From Armatimonadota bacterium (GTDB lineage Bacteria; Armatimonadota; SYMT01), in assembly GCA_046292385.1 (NCBI GenBank), contig JBKBRF010000030.1, forward strand, positions 76,073 to 90,847: a DNA stretch of 14,775 bases, written 5' to 3'. The notes beneath the pieces were generated by a model, which worked only from the letters and a program-made list of their open reading frames with translations, searched no databases and was not told the DNA's origin. The position numbers and the translations under genes are program-made. Shown piece by piece: positions 10,401 through 14,775 of this stretch (position 1 is the first letter of the stretch; each line of letters opens with the position of its first letter).

Positions 10401-10987
10401 GGGGCGGGGGAGAGCCCCTTCGCCTCCAGCTTCGCCAGCACAAACGCGTCGATCGGGGTGCGCACCCACGCCTGGTTCTTTACCGCGGGGATCGCCGGCT
10501 TCCGCACCGGCTGGAACGCCCAGTGGCGGCTGGTGGCGCCCGGCGCCGGCTTCCGCGCGTTCTCCGGCCACGGCGCGCCGAGGCGCACCCACTCCGCTAC
10601 CGCCGCGATCTCGGCGTCCTTCAGCTTGCCGGTCGGCGGCATCTTGAGGGGGCCGGTGTGCCGCAGACTCTGGACCAGGAGGCTCCGCCCCGGATCGCCC
10701 TTCACCACCGCCGGGCCGTGCTTGCCGCCCTTCAGCAGCGCCTCCGGCGAGTCGAGGCGCAGACCGGACTGCTGCAGCGTGGCCCCGTGACACGAGCCGC
10801 ACTGCTCCAGCAGAAGCGGGCGGACCTTGCTCTCGAAGAGCTCCTCGGCTGCGGCAGAGATCTTGCCGGGCGCGGGGCGCCCGCCGGTGAGCGCCGCCGC
10901 GGACGAGGCTCCCACCAGGCCGCCCAGCAGGCCCAGCGCCAGGCAGAGACGACCCGCGCGAGTGGTGTGACGATTGGAGCTAGCCAT
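7496..10987 (-). CDS. Planctomycete cytochrome c (PSCyt1) - DUF1549 - DUF1553/PSD1 domain protein
   Basis: Signal peptide. CGSCH at 10787-10801 in FESKVRPLL..C..CH..GLRLD context. DUF1549 motifs HWAFQP, PIDAFV, RRAYFDLIGLPPT, YGERWGRYWLD and CARCHDHKFDP (9914-9928). DUF1553 motifs SGRLELA..IANRDNPLTARVMVNRVW, SHPELLDYLA, RRSVY and PQQALFMLN. C-terminal LLLANEFVFVD. Confidence 0.93.
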   Translation of the reverse strand: MASSNRHTTRAGRLCLALGLLGGLVGASSAAALTGGRPAPGKISAAAEELFESKVRPLLLEQCGSCHGATLQQSGLRLDSPEALLKGGKHGPAVVKGDPGRSLLVQSLRHTGPLKMPPTGKLKDAEIAAVAEWVRLGAPWPENARKPAPGATSRHWAFQPVRKPAIPAVKNQAWVRTPIDAFVLAKLEAKGLSPAPPADRRTLIRRAYFDLIGLPPTYEEVEAFVNDRSPDAWEKVVDRLLASPQYGERWGRYWLDMARYADTKGYVYTGERRYPFAYTYRDYVVRAFNEDLPYDQFLKEQLAADQLELGDDKRPLAAMGFLTLGRRFVNMQPDIIDDRIDVVFRSTQGLTVSCARCHDHKFDPIPTADYYSLYGVFAGSTEKTIRIANPQPTDAYREYETELRKRQAAFDTALEKHTATLSDRLRTRIEDYLAMVPDAAKLPGEEFYVIMGADDVNPILVRSWRAYVDRFREGTHPIFGAWHAFERLPKGELASRGPALARELASNTASRLNPRVAALFQGEPPKSMEEVARRYGRLLAEIDGKWRALAKAAAESKSPAPAGLPDPDEEALRQVLYAADSPASVPKLRISEVEYYFDERTRNELNELQAKIDQWYLQSPATPPHALAMEDLPIQHDPRIFVRGNPSTKGEVVPRQFLALLSGPDRKPFRKGSGRLELAQAIANRDNPLTARVMVNRVWLGHFGRGLVDTPSDFGLRSEPPSHPELLDYLASVFSSPRGKSSSVAGSETERRRDRATGGIRTVASREVDAASRAKLSPSLRSSVPPSESEGLGWSIKRLHRLMLLSSTYMQSSNGAPRTVAADPQNRLLGRMDRRRLDFEALRDSLLFVSGRLDPAIGGPSVDLFRRPFSQRRSVYAMIDRQNLPGLLRVFDFANPDQHSPQRYETTSPQQALFMLNSPFVTEQAKHLLERSGAGGNSPAAERVRQLYRLVYGRLPKPAELALALDFLAAPAEAESDSPWRYGWGSVREDGGQVQAFHPFGEFTGAAWQGGPAWPDPSTGWAQLTAAGGHAGNDAAHAVIRRWVSPVDGTITVSGKVSHGTKEGDGVRARIVSSRHGLIGAWEVHNGSVDAAAERVEVRKGDTLDFVVDCRGSVSHDEFSWAPQIRMAATRWSAADEFSGPALTAWEQYVQSLLLANEFVFVD
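8628..8744. repeat. Palindromic element of inverted 8-bp tandem repeats (GACGGAGA x4 ... TCTCCGTC x4), in frame inside the DUF1553 domain
   Basis: Left arm gatggagg-gacagagg-aacggaga-gacggaga (8628-8659). Right arm cccccgtc-gctctgtc-tctccgtc-tctccgtc (8713-8744). Spacer 53 nt. Confidence 0.75.
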
Positions 10988-11008
10988 AAACTGAATCCCG
11001 GGACAGGG

Positions 11009-11032
11009 GCACCGCCATTATAGCGGCGGTGC
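11009..11032 (-). promoter_or_regulatory. Consensus -10 box (TATAAT) inside an 8-bp inverted repeat, upstream of the PSD1-DUF1501 operon
   Basis: gcaccgcc-attatagc-ggcggtgc. attata (11017-11022) reads TATAAT on the minus strand, 29 nt upstream of ATG10987. No recognisable -35. Confidence 0.55.
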
Positions 11033-11057
11033 GGGTCCGGCCGCCGCGCAGGGCTGT

Positions 11058-11270
11058 TTACGCACCGAAGAGGTCGTCCATCAGGCCCTGGACCCGCTCA
11101 CGGGTCTCGTCTTCCGGCGCCGGGGCCAGGCTAAGGTCGAGCGCCATGCCCTCGCGCGCGTCGGAAGGAAGCAGCCTCCGGGGGATGGTGGCGGTCTCCC
11201 GGCCTTCCTCGCCCAGGAGCAGCACGGCGCGCTCCCCTTCGATCCGATCCAGCCAGACTCGCTCCGCCAT
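11058..11270 (-). CDS. DUF3006-like small protein (70 aa)
   Basis: MAERVWLDRIEGERAVLLL...IPRRLLPSDAREGMAL...ETRERVQGLMDDLF fits the DUF3006 pattern (DRiEg..AVl, LP..arEG). AAAGG upstream of ATG11270. Located downstream of a ComEC-like MBL gene, a common neighbourhood for this family. Confidence 0.8.
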   Translation of the reverse strand: MAERVWLDRIEGERAVLLLGEEGRETATIPRRLLPSDAREGMALDLSLAPAPEDETRERVQGLMDDLFGA

Positions 11271-11308
11271 GCCGGTGCCTTTCGGGTCGCGTACGTTCTG
11301 CCGATATT

Positions 11309-11405
11309 CTCTCGCCCCTCCAGGGCGGGTAGTGGTGGCGGCTCCGAGTCCGGGGGCTGCGCTGCGCTGACCCCCGGCTATCGCCTCTCGCCCCTCCGGG
11401 GTGGG
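11309..11405. repeat. REP-like composite element: two 21-nt direct repeats around a central hairpin
   Basis: ctctcgcccctccagggcggg (11309-11329) and ctctcgcccctccggggtggg (11385-11405) match at 19/21. Central hairpin ccggggg-N14-cccccgg at 11350-11377. Confidence 0.65.
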
Positions 11406-11417
11406 ACGAATCTGGAT

Positions 11418-11464
11418 CGCCGGCGGTTGACCGCCGGCGGAGCCAACCGCGGAGTTCACTCCGC
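11418..11464. repeat. Two short palindromes with TTNA loops
   Basis: cgccggcgg-ttga-ccgccggcg (11418-11439) and gcggag-ttca-ctccgc (11449-11464). Confidence 0.6.
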
Positions 11465-11480
11465 ACCTTCAGCCATGGTT

Positions 11481-12593
11481 TCAGCCGTCCGATCGCCCCG
11501 CCTTCACACAGGTCCGATGGGGCCGGAAACCCTGGCGCTCCGCCTCCGCCGCGCTCTTCAGCGTTACCCGGTTGTTCGGCGCGGGGAGGGACGGGCACTC
11601 CTTCGTGTGGTAGACCTTGCTGGTCCGGTGTCCGAACACCGCGCCGGCCACGGGGGGCGACTTCTCTGGGGCGCTCGTCTTCGGCGTGCTTCCGCCGGCC
11701 AGACGCACCGTCTTTCCGTCCGAAGTGAAGGTGAGCGTGCCGCGTTGGTCGGTCCGCAGGACTTCCACACCGGCCGCCTTCAATTCCTCCAGAGTCTCAC
11801 GATGCGGGTGTCCGTAATCGTTCCCGGCTGCCAGGGAGATCACCGCGTACTTCGGGCGCACCGCGCGGAGGAAGGCGGGATCGGTGCCGTTGTGGCTGCC
11901 GTGGTGGGAGACCTTCAACACTTCGGCCCGCAGCTTCTCGGCCGGCTGCTCCGTCAACAGCCGCTTCCGCTCCTCGTTCTCCATGTCGCCGGTGAAGAGG
12001 AAGGCGGTGTCGCCGTAGACGAGCCGGGCGACGATCGAGTTGTTGTTCGCGTCGGAGTCGGTGCCGGAGAGGAGCGGCTCGGAAGGGGCGAGGATTTCCA
12101 GCCGGACGCCGGAGGCGAGCTCGTGTGTCTGCCCGGCCCGCGCGCGGATCGCCTTCGCGCCGACGCGGCGGACCTCTTTCAGGTAGGTCTCCTGGAGACG
12201 GGTGCCGTGGTTGTAGCCGGGATCGAGGACGTTCCGCGCCGGAATCTCCCGGAGCACGTCGACCAGCCCGCCGATGTGGTCCGCGTGGGGGTGGGTGCCG
12301 ACCAGCCAATCGATCGCCTTCGGCTCCCCCTCTTCCCGCAGCGCGGCTAGGACCCTGGTGCCCGCCTCCGGCGGCCCGCCGTCGATCAGCAGCGTGCCGC
12401 CGCCGGGCAGCCGCGCAAGCGCCGCGTCCCCCTGGCCGACGTCGAGGAACCGGATCGTGAGGGTCCCCGGCTTCGCGGCGGGATCCGGCGCCTCCGGGGG
12501 AGTGGGCGACTCGGCGCCGAGCGGGAGCGGCCGGTCGCAGCCGAGCGCCAGGAGCAACGGGATGAGGGCGAGCAGGAGTTGGGGCAGCTTCAC
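11481..12593 (-). CDS. Stand-alone ComEC/Rec2-type MBL-fold metallohydrolase, lipoprotein, with C-terminal Ada-like metal-binding domain
   Basis: Lipobox LALGC. Motifs FLDVGQGD, LIDGG, THPHADHIGG, FTGD, KVSHHGS, YGHPH and RTD. C-terminal SKVYH..EC...AEAERQGFRPHRTC. GTG12593 has GAGG upstream. No ComEC membrane domain. Confidence 0.88.
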   Translation of the reverse strand: MKLPQLLLALIPLLLALGCDRPLPLGAESPTPPEAPDPAAKPGTLTIRFLDVGQGDAALARLPGGGTLLIDGGPPEAGTRVLAALREEGEPKAIDWLVGTHPHADHIGGLVDVLREIPARNVLDPGYNHGTRLQETYLKEVRRVGAKAIRARAGQTHELASGVRLEILAPSEPLLSGTDSDANNNSIVARLVYGDTAFLFTGDMENEERKRLLTEQPAEKLRAEVLKVSHHGSHNGTDPAFLRAVRPKYAVISLAAGNDYGHPHRETLEELKAAGVEVLRTDQRGTLTFTSDGKTVRLAGGSTPKTSAPEKSPPVAGAVFGHRTSKVYHTKECPSLPAPNNRVTLKSAAEAERQGFRPHRTCVKAGRSDG

Positions 12594-12715
12594 GGCGCAG
12601 CCTCGGGAAGCGCGTATCGACACCGGATGACACGCGCACTGAGATTATGTTAGCCGCCGGTACCCCGCCGATACTCCTGCAGATTTCCCCGCCGCGCGGT
12701 GTCTGTTGCGAGTAG

Positions 12716-12731
12716 GTGGAGTTCGCTCCAC
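12716..12731. promoter_or_regulatory. Palindrome gtggag-ttcg-ctccac in the divergent promoter region
   Basis: Perfect 6-bp arms. A related copy is at 11449-11464. Confidence 0.4.
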
Positions 12732-12830
12732 GGACAATCTACGGGGCAGGTGACCGCAGAGCGGGGTAATAACCGTACGTCCAGGCGGCGCAGAGTGCCG
12801 CAGAACATCGGGAGGGGCCGGAGGAGTGCG

Positions 12831-14228
12831 ATGCTGACGATCTATGGCGGACGGAACCGCTTCTGTGACGGGGTTTCTCGGCGCAGCTTTCTGAAGATCG
12901 GCGGCTTCACCATGGGGGCCGCGGCGTTCGGCCTCTCCGATCTCCTCTCCGCCGAGGCAGCGACCGGCAAGAAGCAGCCGCACAAGGCGGTCATCAACAT
13001 CTTCCTGGCGGGGGGACCGCCGCACCAGGACACCTTCGACCTGAAGATGGACGCGCCGTCCGACATCCGCGGCGAGTTCAAGCCGATCCCGACCAACGTC
13101 GACGGCATCCAGATCTGCGAGGTCTTCCCGCAGCTTGCCAAGGTCACCGACAGGCTGGCGATCGTCCGGTCGATCGTCGGCAGCGCGCCGGATCACGACG
13201 CCTACCAGTGCATGACCGGCTGGCCGCGCCGGGCGATGGAGAACGCCGGCGGCTACCCCGGCATCGGGTCGGTGGTGACGAAGCTCCAGGGCTGGGCCGA
13301 CCCGGTGATCCCGGCGGCGGTTGGCCTCGCCGCCCCGACGGTGGAACGGCGCTGGTCCGATTCGGGCAGCCCCGGCTTCCTCGGCGCCAAGTACGCGCCG
13401 TTCAAGCCATTCATGACCGGCGCGCAGGGCCGGCCGGACAGCGGGGCGCTGGTGGGGGCGTACGAGAACGGTCCCGGCCTCAAGCTGCAGGGCCTCACCC
13501 TGGAGCGGCTGCGCGATCGGAAGCGGCTGCTGCAGGGCGTCGACCAGATGCGGCGCGACCTCGACGCCAACGATCAGGTCCAGGCGCTCGACGCCGGGAT
13601 GCAGGCGGCGTTCGACATTCTCACTTCCAGCAAGCTGGCCGACGCGCTCGACCTGAGCAAGGAGAATCCGAAGCTGGTGGAGCGCTACGGAGACGGCAAG
13701 CCGTACAAGTACCAGTACGACGGCTCCCCGACCTGCAACGACCACCTGCTGATGGCGCGCCGCCTGGTGGAAGCGGGCGTCCGCTGCGTCACCCTCTCCT
13801 ACGGACGCTGGGACAGCCACGGGCAGAACTTCGACCTGGTCCGCGACCACGGCCCCAAGCTCGACCAGTGCCTGAGCGCGCTGATCGAGGACCTGGACGA
13901 CCGCGGCATGCTGGACGACGTCACCGTGGTGGCCTGGGGCGAGTTCGGCCGCACGCCCAAGATCAACAACGACGCCGGCCGCGACCACTGGCCGGACGCG
14001 AACTGCGCGGTGCTGGCGGGCGGCGGGATGAAGGTGGGCCAGGTGATCGGCTCCACCGACCGCCTCGGCGAGAAGCCGGACGACCGCCCGATCCACATGC
14101 AGGAGATCGTCGCCACGATCTACCACAACCTGGGCATCGATCCGCGCAGCACCCAGATCTACGACCGCTCGGCACGGCCGCAGTGGCTGCTGGAGCAGCA
14201 GGAGCCGATCCAGGAGCTGGTGGGGTAG
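12831..14228 (+). CDS. DUF1501 domain protein (second paralogue), Tat signal
   Basis: GAGGAG RBS before ATG12831. Tat motif CDGVSRRSFLKIGG. Motifs FLAGGPPHQDTFDLK, RGEFKPIPT, ARRLVEAGVRCVT, WDSH, GEFGRTPKIN and GRDHW. Confidence 0.92.
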   Translation: MLTIYGGRNRFCDGVSRRSFLKIGGFTMGAAAFGLSDLLSAEAATGKKQPHKAVINIFLAGGPPHQDTFDLKMDAPSDIRGEFKPIPTNVDGIQICEVFPQLAKVTDRLAIVRSIVGSAPDHDAYQCMTGWPRRAMENAGGYPGIGSVVTKLQGWADPVIPAAVGLAAPTVERRWSDSGSPGFLGAKYAPFKPFMTGAQGRPDSGALVGAYENGPGLKLQGLTLERLRDRKRLLQGVDQMRRDLDANDQVQALDAGMQAAFDILTSSKLADALDLSKENPKLVERYGDGKPYKYQYDGSPTCNDHLLMARRLVEAGVRCVTLSYGRWDSHGQNFDLVRDHGPKLDQCLSALIEDLDDRGMLDDVTVVAWGEFGRTPKINNDAGRDHWPDANCAVLAGGGMKVGQVIGSTDRLGEKPDDRPIHMQEIVATIYHNLGIDPRSTQIYDRSARPQWLLEQQEPIQELVG

Positions 14229-14251
14229 AGACTTCTCGACCGACGGCGGGG

Positions 14252-14659
14252 CTAGGCTCTGAAGAGATCAGCGACCTTGAAGCGGAGCGACGGGATCAAC
14301 TCGGGTGCGGTCAGCTCATCATTCTCGCCATGGCGGTCTGTGGCACCGCCACGTCGGTAGACGTGGATGATGCGTGTCTCCGGATTCACCACCCAGACCA
14401 GCGGAACGCCTGCCGAGAGGTATTCCTCCACCTTGGCGTCGAGCTCGTAGACCGTATCGTTCGGCGAGACAACTTCCACCGCCAGGTCCGGGGGGACTGT
14501 GACGTGCCCGGACGGGATCCGCTCGCCCGGGAGTCGCCCTCGTCGGATGAACGATACGTCAGGCTTCCGAACCTTCCGGGGGTCGTCGGGGAAGCACTGG
14601 TAGCTGCCCTCGGCATCCAGCACCCAGCCGAGTCCGGCATCCTCGCCGTGGAGCGCTAG
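14252..14659 (-). pseudogene. Uma2 (DUF820) family endonuclease-like gene, 5'-truncated or interrupted
   Basis: Motifs GLGWV, RKPDVSFI, PDLAVEVVSPND, KVEEYLSAGVPLVWVVNPE and F.VADLF. The frame reads LALHGEDAGLGWV from 14659; further upstream it becomes non-Uma2-like and is closed by a TAG at 14729-14731. The N-terminal ELxDG segment is absent. Confidence 0.78.
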
Positions 14660-14775
14660 CCCAAGTTCCGCAGTTGGTGGTGGCAGATTACTGCCACCAC
14701 CTTTTTTCGTGCCTGACTGGCGGTTGCGCTACGAGGTCTCCACCGAGTTACAGGCATGGCTGCCGCCGCATTGCC
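14660..14775 (+). mobile_element. Possible left end of an insertion sequence (tentatively IS1634-like) interrupting uma2
   Basis: Uma2 similarity stops abruptly at 14659/14660. cccaagttccgcag resembles my recollection of IS1634-type termini (CCCA..TTCCGCA), which I could not verify. An internal terminator follows, and ATG14756 is open to the window end. No transposase is visible. Confidence 0.35.
14676..14707 (+). terminator. Rho-independent terminator
   Basis: ggtggtggcag-atta-ctgccaccacc (perfect 11-bp stem) followed by tttttt (14702-14707). Confidence 0.8.

Overview
High-GC bacterial window whose gene content (two DUF1501 genes, a PSD1/planctomycete-cytochrome protein, Uma2) is typical of Planctomycetota, Armatimonadota and similar lineages; the taxon is an inference. 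From left to right it holds: a 5'-partial M28 peptidase (PA and PDZ domains) and a PD40/TolB-like beta-propeller protein; a ~3 kb TetR plus serine-hydrolase cassette; a minus-strand operon of a di-heme PSCyt1-DUF1549-DUF1553 protein and a Tat-type DUF1501 protein; a ComEC-like MBL-fold lipoprotein with DUF3006; a divergent second DUF1501 gene; and a 5'-truncated Uma2 gene. The main observations are: (1) the TetR/hydrolase cassette lies between two copies of the DUF1501 3' end (23 bp identical, 42/49 overall), like an integration scar; (2) a 58-codon in-frame segment built from inverted 8-bp tandem repeats sits inside the DUF1553 domain; (3) a perfect 23-bp inverted repeat overlaps the tetR ribosome-binding region; (4) Uma2 breaks off at a probable IS end that carries a terminator; (5) several REP-like palindromes flank the ComEC-like gene. 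All family calls come from reading motifs by eye; no searches were run.
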